Origin: Patescibacteria group bacterium
Lineage (GTDB): Bacteria > Patescibacteriota > Microgenomatia > UBA1400 > MFAQ01
Assembly: GCA_943355005.1 (NCBI GenBank)
Contig: CALRDV010000003.1
Location: forward strand, 72,590-136,589
Reading direction: 5' to 3'
Length of the DNA: 64,000 bases
Made by a program: the position numbers and the translations under genes. Positions 1 to 8,441 of the stretch are shown piece by piece (within the stretch, counting starts at the first letter, position 1; each line of letters starts with the position of its first letter). Below the pieces are notes generated by a model. It saw only the letters and a list, made by a program, of their open reading frames with translations. It did no database searches and had not been told where the DNA came from.

Positions 1-141
1 ATCGTCTCGTTAATTGGATACAGCTGAACTGTTTGGATCAGCTGGAATTCTGGATTGACACCTGGGCTGAAATAGCTTACGGCGGAAATGGCGATTATCC
101 CAATGATTGTCAGAATAACTAAAAACAGTTTGTTTTGGAAC
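1..141 (-). CDS. Partial hypothetical protein whose N-terminus is in the window and whose body runs off the window start. Hydrophobic N-terminus (MFQNKLFLVILTIIGIIAISAV...).
   Basis: Open frame on minus strand from ATG at 139-141 to position 1. Read from sequence and not in ORF track because it is truncated. Confidence 0.35.
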
Positions 142-161
142 ATTTGTAGTCCTTTTTGATT

Positions 162-189
162 TTAAAACTCCCCATCGTTTGACGGGGAG
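162..189 (-). terminator. Rho-independent terminator for the lipoprotein gene at 198..593.
   Basis: Hairpin aaactccccatcgtttgacggggagttt followed by a T-run on the minus strand. Confidence 0.6.
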
Positions 190-197
190 TTTTTAGG

Positions 198-593
198 CTA
201 TGAACCGATTTTGTACAGATGAAGATATTTGTCTGATTCCCCAGGAGGAACAATAAAGGTATAGCTGATCGCTGCGCCGCCTTCAAAATCCTGATGAATC
301 ACGATATAGGCGTTGCCATCTGTGGAAGTTTCCTCAATGGTCATATTGGTTGTGTTGAATTTGAAATGATTTTCACCGTTGATTATTTCATTTGTGGGGT
401 CGGTATTTTCGTCGTTTACGACAAAAACAATATGTTTCTTCCAGGCGATGCTCTGATTGAGCTGGTACTGATCGGATCTGGTTGCTTGCTCTTGGTTTAA
501 CTCAGCAAGTTGTAATTTTGTGTCAACGGCTGGACCACAACTTGTTACAAATACAGCTAAAAATACTGTCGCGATAATGAATTTAATGTTCAT
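198..593 (-). CDS. Hypothetical lipoprotein.
   Basis: 131 aa ORF. N-terminal signal peptide with lipobox-like VTSC, and a terminator downstream. Confidence 0.55.
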   Translation of the reverse strand: MNIKFIIATVFLAVFVTSCGPAVDTKLQLAELNQEQATRSDQYQLNQSIAWKKHIVFVVNDENTDPTNEIINGENHFKFNTTNMTIEETSTDGNAYIVIHQDFEGGAAISYTFIVPPGESDKYLHLYKIGS

Positions 594-775
594 TCGTGCC
601 TCCTTAGGGCGAAGTTTAAGATGAGATGGTGCCTATTATAGCACTATAGGGCTAAAATAGCAAGTGGAGGTGGCTAAAGTGAGGCTGGGGTGCTAGAATA
701 GGGAAGTTAAATTAGTAATTTATCCTGGCACGAATCTCTGAAATGTGCCTAAGGATCAAAATGAGATGAAAAAAT

Positions 776-1885
776 ATGGCTACAAAAGCTAAAGAAGTTG
801 CGGTCACAACCAAAAAAGAGACCAAACCCGCCGTCGTTAAAAACTCTGGCGAGGTAAAGAAAGTAGTTAAGAAGACAGCAGTTAAGAAACCCGCCGTCGT
901 TAAAAACTCTGGCGAGGCAAAGAAAACCGTTAAGAAAACAGCTGTTAAGAAACCCGCCGTCGTCAAAGACTCTGGCGAGACGAAGAAGGCTGTTCCGAAA
1001 AAAGCTCCCGTAAAGAAGATTGTGAAGAAATCTGACAAGAGTGAGATTGCCAGGTCGAGTACTCCTCGCAATGACGATTTGGGGATGGATTCCGGGTCTG
1101 AGCCCGGAATGACAGATGAAGTGAAGATTGAGAAAACAAAAGTAGAGGAGAAGAAAGTTGAAGTAGTCAAAAAAGAATATCCTAGAACAGAAACATCTAT
1201 TGAAGAGCTTTTTGAAGCCGGTGCCCATTTTGGCCACGTGGTCAAAAAATGGAATCCTAAGATGAAAAAATATCTTTGGGGAGCCAAGAACGGTATTCAT
1301 ATTTTCGATCTTGAGAAAACAGTCGCAGGAGTTAATGAAGCTACCAAGGCTTTGACCGAGATGGCTGCTGCAGGAAAGAGAATTGTTCTTGTTGGAACCA
1401 AGAGACAGGTGAGAGCTATGGTGGAGGAAGAGGCCAAGAGACTCAATATCCCTTACATAACTCAGCGCTGGATGGGTGGATTAATCACCAACTGGAAACA
1501 ACTCAAGCTCACTTTGGACAGATTGAATTCTTTGAAATCCAAGAGAGAGTTGGGACAGCTAAAGAAATACACCAAGAAGGAACAGCTTTTATTCGATAAA
1601 GAGATCAATAAGCTTGAGAGAATCGTCGGTGGTATTGCTTCTCTTAGGGAAGCCCCTGAAGTGGTAGTCGTTTTCGATACCCACAAAGAGAAATTGGCTG
1701 TCAAAGAAGCTTCCAGTCGTGGAGTTCAAGTGGTCGGCTTGGTAGATTCCAATGCAAACCCTGATCCGATTGATTACTTAATCCCTATGAATGATGACTC
1801 TGCCAAAGGTTTGGAAATCTTGGTGAGAGTTCTTGGACAGGCGATTGAGAATGGACAGAAAGCAAAGAAGGAAGTTAAGAATTAA
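776..1885 (+). CDS. rpsB: 30S ribosomal protein S2 with a ~130 aa Lys/Ala/Val-rich N-terminal extension.
   Basis: The C-terminal 240 aa match the S2 core (EAGAHFGH...WNPKM...IFDLEKT). The extension is built from 63-bp tandem repeats plus codons from an embedded hairpin repeat. An alternative start at Met 1109 would give a canonical-length S2. Confidence 0.9.
   Translation: MATKAKEVAVTTKKETKPAVVKNSGEVKKVVKKTAVKKPAVVKNSGEAKKTVKKTAVKKPAVVKDSGETKKAVPKKAPVKKIVKKSDKSEIARSSTPRNDDLGMDSGSEPGMTDEVKIEKTKVEEKKVEVVKKEYPRTETSIEELFEAGAHFGHVVKKWNPKMKKYLWGAKNGIHIFDLEKTVAGVNEATKALTEMAAAGKRIVLVGTKRQVRAMVEEEAKRLNIPYITQRWMGGLITNWKQLKLTLDRLNSLKSKRELGQLKKYTKKEQLLFDKEINKLERIVGGIASLREAPEVVVVFDTHKEKLAVKEASSRGVQVVGLVDSNANPDPIDYLIPMNDDSAKGLEILVRVLGQAIENGQKAKKEVKN
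824..1012 (+). repeat. Three tandem copies of a 63-bp repeat (aaacccgccgtcgttaaaaactctggcgag...) encoding KPAVVKNSGE-KK-VKKTAVK units.
   Basis: Copies begin at 824, 887 and 950 with exact 63-nt periodicity. Seen directly. Confidence 0.85.
1046..1114 (+). repeat. Composite hairpin repeat (attgccaggtcgagtactcctcgcaatgac + ggattccgggtctgagcccggaatgaca) inside the rpsB reading frame.
   Basis: The sequence matches intergenic units at 5227, 27036, 2408 and 38017. The rpsB ORF stays open through it. Confidence 0.8.
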
Positions 1886-1895
1886 GGAATTTATT

Positions 1896-1927
1896 TATAT
1901 AGATTCCCGATCAGGTCGGGAATGACA
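1896..1927 (+). repeat. Hairpin repeat unit, type A (tatagattcccgatcaggtcgggaatgaca).
   Basis: The same 30-mer occurs at 25316 and 36182. Confidence 0.85.
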
Positions 1928-1946
1928 TTAATTAAACATAAAGAAT

Positions 1947-2399
1947 ATGATGGACAAGATTAAAGAATTAAGAGAAAAGACCGGCGCCGGTATTATGGAC
2001 GCTAAGAAAGCTTTGGAAGAAGCCAACGGTGATATGGCCAAGGCCATGGACATCATCAAGGCTAAGGGGATTCTGAAGGCTGAGAGTAAGGCTGACCGAG
2101 AAGTCCGCAGTGGTCGTGTTTACTGTTACACACACGGAGGTGGTTCAGCTGCAGCCATGGTAGAAGTGGCTTGCGAAACCGACTTTGTAGCTAAGACTCC
2201 TGAGTTCGAAACACTTTGCAAAGAGATTGCAATGCAAATTGTATCTATGGACCCAAAAACAGTAGAAGAACTGATGAAGCAGGATTATATCCGCGATGGC
2301 AGTAAAACGATGGATGCTTTGGTCAAGGAGCTTTCGGGTAAAACCGGTGAAAACATCCGCGTGACCAGATTTGCTAGATTTAAATTAGGAGTTGAGTAA
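1947..2399 (+). CDS. tsf: Elongation factor Ts (short form, 150 aa).
   Basis: N-terminal EF-Ts UBA-like motif (IKELREKTGAGIMDAKKALEEANGDM) and conserved rpsB-tsf synteny. Confidence 0.85.
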   Translation: MMDKIKELREKTGAGIMDAKKALEEANGDMAKAMDIIKAKGILKAESKADREVRSGRVYCYTHGGGSAAAMVEVACETDFVAKTPEFETLCKEIAMQIVSMDPKTVEELMKQDYIRDGSKTMDALVKELSGKTGENIRVTRFARFKLGVE

Positions 2400-2407
2400 T
2401 ATTTAGA

Positions 2408-2438
2408 TTCTGGATTCCGGGTCAAGCCCGGAATGACA
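2408..2438 (+). repeat. Hairpin repeat unit, type B (tctggattccgggtcaagcccggaatgaca).
   Basis: Member of the GGAATGACA-ended repeat family. Confidence 0.8.
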
Positions 2439-2465
2439 GATAAAAAAATGTTTTGTTATAAAAAA

Positions 2466-2489
2466 TCCCCCCCGCCATGGCGGGGGGGA
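2466..2489. terminator. Bidirectional rho-independent terminator between tsf and the convergent membrane gene.
   Basis: Hairpin tccccccgccatggcgggggggat flanked by an A-run and a T-run. Confidence 0.7.
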
Positions 2490-2513
2490 TTTGGGTTTGA
2501 TGCGATTGTGAGA

Positions 2514-3224
2514 TTATTGATTTCGGTAACGGCCTGGTTCAAGCTGAAGTAGTGCATCCCCGGTTTCTGCGTCGACGTAGGGGGCCGCTTCGCTGTAACC
2601 TGCGTTGTTAGCTGCAAGATATTTTGCCCTTGCCCTTGGGTCTTCAAAAAGGAACTGTGCCTCTTTGACGAGCCCTGCAATATTCGAACTTTGTTCCAGT
2701 TGTCTGTCCAATGTTGGTCCCGAAAAGGCACCCTTCGTGACTGTCATGGTAATCATTCTGCCTGTTCGGGGGTCGGGAAGCTGGAGCTTGACGCTATCTG
2801 CTTTTTTGACTCCGTAACCACGGTTCATGCCGTAAGCGATAACCGCGAGAACACCAATAAGTACTACGGCGACAATCGCCACAATGATAATGGTAAGGCC
2901 GTATCGGGGATTAGTGGCGTACATGTACATAGACAGAGTGATTATGCCTACAAGAACGCTTGAGGCAAAGCCGCTCCATGTCTTGCCGAAGTACATAACT
3001 CCAAAGGAAACTATTCCTACGACAAAATAGAACATCAAGCTTTGACCGTACTCCGGATGAGACATGTAGAAAGCCAAACCGGTTAAGATAACGCTGATAA
3101 GAAAGCTGGCTACCAGCCCGGTCAAAGACGCTTGGCTGATTTTGAAGATGACGGTTGTGAGAATGACAATTAGAACGCCAAATAAAAGTATATATAGCCG
3201 GGGATCATTCAAGGTTATGGGCAT
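2514..3224 (-). CDS. Hypothetical membrane protein with four N-terminal TM helices and a soluble C-terminal domain.
   Basis: 236 aa ORF with hydrophobic segments. Confidence 0.6.
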   Translation of the reverse strand: MPITLNDPRLYILLFGVLIVILTTVIFKISQASLTGLVASFLISVILTGLAFYMSHPEYGQSLMFYFVVGIVSFGVMYFGKTWSGFASSVLVGIITLSMYMYATNPRYGLTIIIVAIVAVVLIGVLAVIAYGMNRGYGVKKADSVKLQLPDPRTGRMITMTVTKGAFSGPTLDRQLEQSSNIAGLVKEAQFLFEDPRARAKYLAANNAGYSEAAPYVDAETGDALLQLEPGRYRNQ

Positions 3225-3412
3225 TTATTCCTCCAAGTTGATGGATTTAGTTTTTAAAGAAAACTTATAGTTCGATTATATATCTAATAGGCACGATGTC
3301 AACAAATCAAGCTCATAAATACCCTATAACTTGACAATGTGCCCAAAATATGGTATAAAGACGATGCAATATTGACAATTGACAGTAATAATCAAACATC
3401 CTTGGAGGTCCA

Positions 3413-3544
3413 ATGACATTTTACGATCGAAAGTTTGAAGGCTACAGTTTGTTCCTTCTGATTTTTGGAGTCCTCAACCTCGGAAACCACGGACTAGGAC
3501 TTGTCTTTATATATTTAGCTTTTAAGTTTAGCAAGCCCGCATAA
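3413..3544 (+). CDS. Small hydrophobic protein of 43 aa, not in the ORF track.
   Basis: ATG preceded by GGAGG at -8. Encodes MTFYDRKFEGYSLFLLIFGVLNLGNHGLGLVFIYLAFKFSKPA and is followed by a hairpin terminator at 3548-3575. Consensus-like promoters lie upstream (TTGACA at 3332). Confidence 0.35.
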   Translation: MTFYDRKFEGYSLFLLIFGVLNLGNHGLGLVFIYLAFKFSKPA

Positions 3545-3625
3545 AAAGTGGGACCTTAGTAAGGTCCTATTTTAATAACTACTTAGGTTATAATGTGAAC
3601 GCAAATTGATATAAGGAGATAACTT

Positions 3626-4141
3626 ATGGCTGATATGAAGTTGTTGGAGAAATTGCCGGAAATTTGTGATGTCGATGAACTGCACACGTTGCTTTGTGAG
3701 AACGAGGCGCTTATCGTCGCATTTACCGGCAAGGAAGATATTGGGATCATGCTCAAGAAATTCTACGAAGAGCAAGTGGCTGGTGCTCGAACTTCGGATC
3801 GGGGCATACAGTTTTCCAAAGAGGGTGCCCGGGTTTGGAATGACGATACCGTCAAAAGCAAAAAAGCTGTCAACCCGCGGGATGTCGTGCTTGGACTGTA
3901 CTTGGCGATCGAAGCACTCGAGCTCGGTCATGGGCGGGACAAGCCTGGAGTAATTGGTCACGGGAGACTGCCAGAAATTTGTTCATTCAAATACATGACT
4001 TTCACGGTTGAGTCTTACGCAATCTATCCCATGTTTGATTGGAAAGATGCCCACTTCACGGCTAATGAACAGAATGAAGTGGTTGGATGGATAAGAGCCG
4101 GAAGAGACAAGATATCAGATCGTGATAAGTTCGTCGCTTAA
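3626..4141 (+). CDS. Hypothetical protein.
   Basis: 171 aa ORF with an upstream TATAAT and a downstream terminator. Confidence 0.6.
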   Translation: MADMKLLEKLPEICDVDELHTLLCENEALIVAFTGKEDIGIMLKKFYEEQVAGARTSDRGIQFSKEGARVWNDDTVKSKKAVNPRDVVLGLYLAIEALELGHGRDKPGVIGHGRLPEICSFKYMTFTVESYAIYPMFDWKDAHFTANEQNEVVGWIRAGRDKISDRDKFVA

Positions 4142-4149
4142 GTATTATT

Positions 4150-4177
4150 AGACCTACATTCGTGTAGGTCTTTTTTG
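4150..4177 (+). terminator. Rho-independent terminator.
   Basis: Hairpin agacctacattcgtgtaggtct followed by tttttt. Confidence 0.7.
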
Positions 4178-4202
4178 TGGGGTAATGTTAGAATAAGTTT
4201 AT

Positions 4203-4766
4203 ATGGTATTAGAACATGAGCTCATCCAACTATTAAGACAAAAGTTTGCCAAAGTAATCGAAGTGGTCGAGGAGGACTTTGCCACGGTCCGAGTGGGCAG
4301 AGCAAAACCAGAATTGGTTTCCGGAATTTCTGTGCCGGCATATGGCACATGGATGAAGCTGGTGGAAGTGGCGACAATCACGGCGCCGGACACCAATATG
4401 CTTATTGTGACGCCATTCGATAGAAGTTTGCTTGGAGCGGTCGAGAAGGCAATAAGTGATAGTGAGATGCAGCTTTCCGGAGTAGTAAATGGAGACTTAA
4501 TCCGTATCGTGATTCCGTCGCTGACACAAGAAAGAAGATTGGATTTTGTAAAACTACTCAAGCAGAAGACAGAGTCAGGGAAAATAATGCTAAGACAGGC
4601 TAGGCAGGATATTAAGGAGAAAATTGATGCTCTCAAGGAGATGAAAGAAGTATCTGAAGACGATATCTATATGCTTCTGGCCGACTTGGATAAAATTACG
4701 GGAGAGTTCAATGAGAAGATTGAGGAGATGAGTAGGAAAAAAGAAGATGAAGTGATGGCGGTTTAA
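4203..4766 (+). CDS. frr: Ribosome recycling factor.
   Basis: 187 aa with the RRF pattern (VRVGRAKPELVSGISVPAYG...IPSLTQERRLDFVKLLKQ). Confidence 0.9.
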   Translation: MVLEHELIQLLRQKFAKVIEVVEEDFATVRVGRAKPELVSGISVPAYGTWMKLVEVATITAPDTNMLIVTPFDRSLLGAVEKAISDSEMQLSGVVNGDLIRIVIPSLTQERRLDFVKLLKQKTESGKIMLRQARQDIKEKIDALKEMKEVSEDDIYMLLADLDKITGEFNEKIEEMSRKKEDEVMAV

Positions 4767-4777
4767 TTGTTTATTTT

Positions 4778-4808
4778 TCTGGATCCCGGATCAGGTCCGG
4801 GATGACAG
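4778..4808 (+). repeat. Hairpin repeat unit, type C (tctggatcccggatcaggtccgggatgaca).
   Basis: Member of the repeat family. Confidence 0.8.
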
Positions 4809-4813
4809 GCTTA

Positions 4814-5206
4814 TTAGTTGGAGAAGGCGAGTTTTTCTAGCTTGGTGACACGGTTTTTAGTAGTTTCGTGATCTTCTTTGAGTTCGTTTATAACCGAGAC
4901 TATGTTTTTGTTCATACCTTCCATTTGTTGTTGAAAATCTTTTAGTGTTTCTATAATTTCGATTTGTCCTTCTTTGAGCTCTTTTTGTCCTTCTTCTAAT
5001 TTGTATTGACCTTCTTTAAGTAGTGATAGTTGATTTTGAACATCGGTAAATCCAAATGCAGTTCGAGCTTCAGATTCGTCTAGATCTTCTTTGGTAGAGA
5101 GCTTTGAAACCTCGTTTGCCAGATCTTCTTTGGTAGCAAAGTTCTTCAAATCTTCTTTGGTGGCAAAAACATCTTTTAGTTTTTCGATGTCTTTATTGGT
5201 GATCAT
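4814..5206 (-). CDS. Hypothetical coiled-coil protein with three ATKEDLK repeats.
   Basis: 130 aa ORF. The nucleotide repeat atcttctttggtagc occurs three times. Confidence 0.55.
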   Translation of the reverse strand: MITNKDIEKLKDVFATKEDLKNFATKEDLANEVSKLSTKEDLDESEARTAFGFTDVQNQLSLLKEGQYKLEEGQKELKEGQIEIIETLKDFQQQMEGMNKNIVSVINELKEDHETTKNRVTKLEKLAFSN

Positions 5207-5226
5207 TGCTTAATATTAACAATTTT

Positions 5227-5258
5227 AGATTGCCACGTCGAGTACTCCTCGCAATGAC
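5227..5258 (+). repeat. Hairpin repeat unit, type E (gattgccacgtcgagtactcctcgcaatgacgg).
   Basis: Near-identical to the units inside rpsB (1046) and nadA (27036). Confidence 0.8.
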
Positions 5259-5280
5259 GGATGTTACTTGGTAAGATTGA

Positions 5281-6366
5281 TTGATGCAAATAATCGTGTT
5301 TATCTTAATGTTGTCAGTTTTGGTTCTTATCCACGAACTTGGTCATTTCTTGATGGCTAGACTTTTTAAGATGAGAGTTGAGGAGTTTGGAATTGGAATC
5401 CCACCTAGAGCCAAGAAGCTTTTTACACACAAGGGGACTCTGTTTAGTTTGAATTGGTTGCCCATTGGTGGTTTTGTAAAGCTTTATGGTGAGGATATGG
5501 ACGATCCGTCACAAGCTAGTTCTCCGGAGGCTTTTTTTAATAAGCCAATATGGCAAAGGGCGGGAGTGCTGGTAGCTGGAGTTACCATGAACTTTCTCTT
5601 AGGTGTCTTTGCTTTTGGGGTGGTTTACACCGTACTTGGTATTCCTACCAAAACAGATAAAGTAATTGTGGTGGATGTGGGTAAGGGGACGCCGGCCGAG
5701 ACTGCAGGAATTAAGATAGGAAGTGAAATCAAGAAAATTACTTTTGGAAATGAAGAGATTGTTTTTGTTGGTGTAGATGGTTTTATTAAGGCAGTAGAGC
5801 CACTAAAAGGTAAAACCATTGATATAACTACCCTGGTAAAAGACGGTACCGAAGAAGTTGTCGAAATAGTGCCAAGACTAGATCCTCCACAAGGACAAGG
5901 TGCTCTCGGTGTAGCTCTATCGAATATTGAAATGAAAATGTATCCTATATGGCAAAGACCTTTTCGAGGTATAGTCGTCGGAATGGAAGAGGCCTGGTCC
6001 TGGGGCAAAGAAATTGCGTCGAGTATGGGAACTTTGATTTGGGGGATTTTGACCGGCAAAGGTGTGCCAAAAGATGTATCCGGCCCGATTGGAATTTATC
6101 AAGTAAGTAAACAGGTTTATTCGGTGGGTTGGATTGCGGTGATTCAGTTTATGGCAATTCTCTCGATAAACTTAGCAATCTTGAATATTATGCCTTTCCC
6201 GGCGCTTGATGGTGGAAGAGTATTCTTCTTATTTGTCGAGAAAATTATTGGCAAGAAATATAAAAATAGAATTGAAGGTTATGTACATACTGTGGGTATG
6301 ATTTTCTTGATTGGCCTCATGGTGCTAGTTACTGTAAGAGATGTTATACATTTAATTAGGCCATAG
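5281..6366 (+). CDS. rseP: RIP site-2 metalloprotease (M50 family, RseP-like) with a PDZ domain.
   Basis: HELGHF zinc motif near the N-terminus, a central PDZ-like region, and the C-terminal NIMPFPALDGGRV motif. Confidence 0.85.
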   Translation: MMQIIVFILMLSVLVLIHELGHFLMARLFKMRVEEFGIGIPPRAKKLFTHKGTLFSLNWLPIGGFVKLYGEDMDDPSQASSPEAFFNKPIWQRAGVLVAGVTMNFLLGVFAFGVVYTVLGIPTKTDKVIVVDVGKGTPAETAGIKIGSEIKKITFGNEEIVFVGVDGFIKAVEPLKGKTIDITTLVKDGTEEVVEIVPRLDPPQGQGALGVALSNIEMKMYPIWQRPFRGIVVGMEEAWSWGKEIASSMGTLIWGILTGKGVPKDVSGPIGIYQVSKQVYSVGWIAVIQFMAILSINLAILNIMPFPALDGGRVFFLFVEKIIGKKYKNRIEGYVHTVGMIFLIGLMVLVTVRDVIHLIRP

Positions 6367-6370
6367 AAGT

Positions 6371-7108
6371 ATGACTATTAGTGAAGATGAACATGGATTT
6401 ACTGTCGAAAAAAGTGAAAAAGAGATACCCTTAAGTTCAATTCATGGGGAAGGTGTCAAAATCAAAGTTTACGAGATAACAAATAAACAGGTAGGCGGAG
6501 CAGATGCTAAAAGTCACATTGTGGGAAGATTTGTAAGTAAAGATGGTTTTGAGAGTAGTGAAAATATTCCTATGTTTGTAAAGCAGGCTAAGGTCAACGA
6601 AGAGTATTTTGGTGGTGAAAAAGAAGGTATGTCTGCAGCCGAAAGGTATTTTGAAAGATGGAAGTTTCTAAGAGATTTGGGGGTTCCTGTAGTTCCTAAT
6701 GTTGTGGTTTTAGATGGGGGGAGGGTTGCGATGACAAATCTAGGAATTAATGGTTCTGAATTTTTTGGAAAAGCATGGAGACATGGTCCAAAAGCAAACA
6801 GAAATTCAGGACGCCGAGAGCTATCAAAAGCCGAACAAGCTGTTTTGTCAATTAGTGATAAAAAGGTAATGTCTGAGATGGCAAGAATTAGGGACATTTT
6901 GGTCAAGGAAAAAATTCGTTTACCATATGACGATCCGTTTGATTTCTTAGTTCACCCAGATGGAAGCTTTGAAATCTTGGTCCATGATCCTGAAGCTTTG
7001 GAGTGGGGGGAATATGATAATTCAAAAAAAGACAAAGAAGATCCTCTTCTTTTAGAGCCTATACATCTAAGATTACTTAAAGAAGAGCTTGAAGATTTGA
7101 GTCTTTAG
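6371..7108 (+). CDS. Hypothetical protein, paralog A of a tandem pair.
   Basis: 245 aa. Shares ERYFERWKFLRDLGVP and DDPFDFLVHPDGSFEILV blocks with the ORF at 7330..8034. Confidence 0.6.
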   Translation: MTISEDEHGFTVEKSEKEIPLSSIHGEGVKIKVYEITNKQVGGADAKSHIVGRFVSKDGFESSENIPMFVKQAKVNEEYFGGEKEGMSAAERYFERWKFLRDLGVPVVPNVVVLDGGRVAMTNLGINGSEFFGKAWRHGPKANRNSGRRELSKAEQAVLSISDKKVMSEMARIRDILVKEKIRLPYDDPFDFLVHPDGSFEILVHDPEALEWGEYDNSKKDKEDPLLLEPIHLRLLKEELEDLSL

Positions 7109-7137
7109 ATTAAAATTTATAAATTGACAATCAGATG

Positions 7138-7245
7138 AAAGATTCGAATTGCTTGTTTTGCAAAATTGTTGCCGGGGAGGAGCCGTGTGAGAAGGTTTTG
7201 GAGAATGAAGGCTCCACGAATACTTTAGTTGTAACGCTAGTAACG
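7138..7245 (+). pseudogene. Truncated duplicate of the 5' end of the HIT gene (MKDSNCLFCKIVAGEEPCEKVLENE...).
   Basis: About 75 nt are nearly identical to 8043-8120. The downstream frame degenerates and stops quickly. Confidence 0.6.
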
Positions 7246-7329
7246 GTGAGAAATGTAATTCGTTTGATACGCCTATAAAGTAAATATGTAGTATAATATG
7301 TCTTATGGGTCTAATAAGTAAATATTATC

Positions 7330-8034
7330 ATGCCTGTTGAAGTAGTTAGTGAAAGGGACATCTTGTATTTCCGGCGTCCTGCTGGGAAGATTGCAAGTCG
7401 CTTGGTGGTGGCTAGCTTGAATACGACCGAGACAGGAGGCTCAAGTGGCTTTAGCTCAGCTGAATTTAAGTACGGATATAAAGGTGGTCACCTGGCAGAA
7501 ATGGTGGTCAAAGATGCAGAAATTTTTAATAAAGAACTCTGTTTTGGACAGGAAAAAAAGTCAATGTGCATGGCAGATAGATATTATTATCGATGGTTAT
7601 ATCTAAAGGAGTTAGGCATTCCGACTGTGAGGACTATGAGAGTGGTAGACACCAATCGTATTATTATGGGTGACATGACGATTGATGGTAGTGAATTTAT
7701 GGGTAAAGGAAAGAATTATCTTTTAAGTTTAGAGAGTGCGGCAAAAAACAGACGTCAATTAACTTCTATGGAAAAAAGGTTCATTGAAATATATGAAAAT
7801 GGTGAGTTGGTGCAAGAAGTTTCTCGTGTTTGTGATCTCATGAACATACATTCTTTGGGGTTTCCGATGGACGATGAGTTTGATTTGTTAATTCATCCGG
7901 ATGGTTCGTTTGAAGTTTTAGTATTGGATTTGTCATATCTTAATAAGAAAGAAACCAATCACCCTGTAGATTACATAATGTCTACGGAGATGTGTTTGCA
8001 TCGTTTTTTGTTAGAAATTGGAATTAATGGTTAA
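7330..8034 (+). CDS. Hypothetical protein, paralog B of the tandem pair.
   Basis: 234 aa with conserved blocks DRYYYRWLYLKELGIP and DDEFDLLIHPDGSFEVLV. Confidence 0.6.
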   Translation: MPVEVVSERDILYFRRPAGKIASRLVVASLNTTETGGSSGFSSAEFKYGYKGGHLAEMVVKDAEIFNKELCFGQEKKSMCMADRYYYRWLYLKELGIPTVRTMRVVDTNRIIMGDMTIDGSEFMGKGKNYLLSLESAAKNRRQLTSMEKRFIEIYENGELVQEVSRVCDLMNIHSLGFPMDDEFDLLIHPDGSFEVLVLDLSYLNKKETNHPVDYIMSTEMCLHRFLLEIGING

Positions 8035-8042
8035 ATGAAGTA

Positions 8043-8390
8043 ATGAAAGATCCAAGTTGCTTGTTTTGCAAAATTGTGGCCGGGGAGGAGCCTTGTGAGA
8101 AGGTGTGGGAGAATGAGGAGTTCCTGGCTATCAAGAATAAGTATCCCATGGCTAAGGTGCATGTTTTGGTCATGCCTAAATCCCATATTAGAAAACAAGA
8201 GGTTGCTACTAGTCAAAGTGGGGAGTTTTGGGGTACAATTATGCCAGTCGTTTTTAGGGTAGTTTCTGAGCTAAAGCTCGAAAATTCTACCTACAAACTG
8301 GTTAATAACGGTATGGGATACGCCCATTTTGAGCACGAACATGTTCATATTTTAGGAGGATCCAAGACTGAGCCGGGTGGAGCGACTTAA
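8043..8390 (+). CDS. HIT family hydrolase.
   Basis: Histidine triad HFEHEHVHIL near the C-terminus and an N-terminal CLFCKI motif. Confidence 0.8.
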   Translation: MKDPSCLFCKIVAGEEPCEKVWENEEFLAIKNKYPMAKVHVLVMPKSHIRKQEVATSQSGEFWGTIMPVVFRVVSELKLENSTYKLVNNGMGYAHFEHEHVHILGGSKTEPGGAT

Positions 8391-8441
8391 CTAAGTATTT
8401 AATAAAACAAGTAAAAAATTAGAAAGAGAGGTGCATTTTTT

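Noticed and set aside
712-1300. Long minus-strand ORFs (712..1287 and 749..1300) overlapping rpsB. Similar antisense ORFs overlap cysS (22487..23284), rseP (5625..6059), dnaX (11963..12373), prfA (35528..35881) and others.
   Set aside because: They are shadow ORFs opposite well-supported conserved genes, with low-complexity translations and no independent signals.
1896-1927. The ATTCCC-N9-GGGAAT core as evidence that this is a Neisseria genome (dRS3 repeats).
   Set aside because: The gene content, extended ribosomal proteins and overall composition do not fit Neisseria. The resemblance is likely convergent, or reflects a shared repeat design.
8074-8262. Small plus-strand and minus-strand ORFs nested within the HIT gene (8074..8262 and 8031..8216).
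   Set aside because: They are alternative frames of a conserved CDS with no support.
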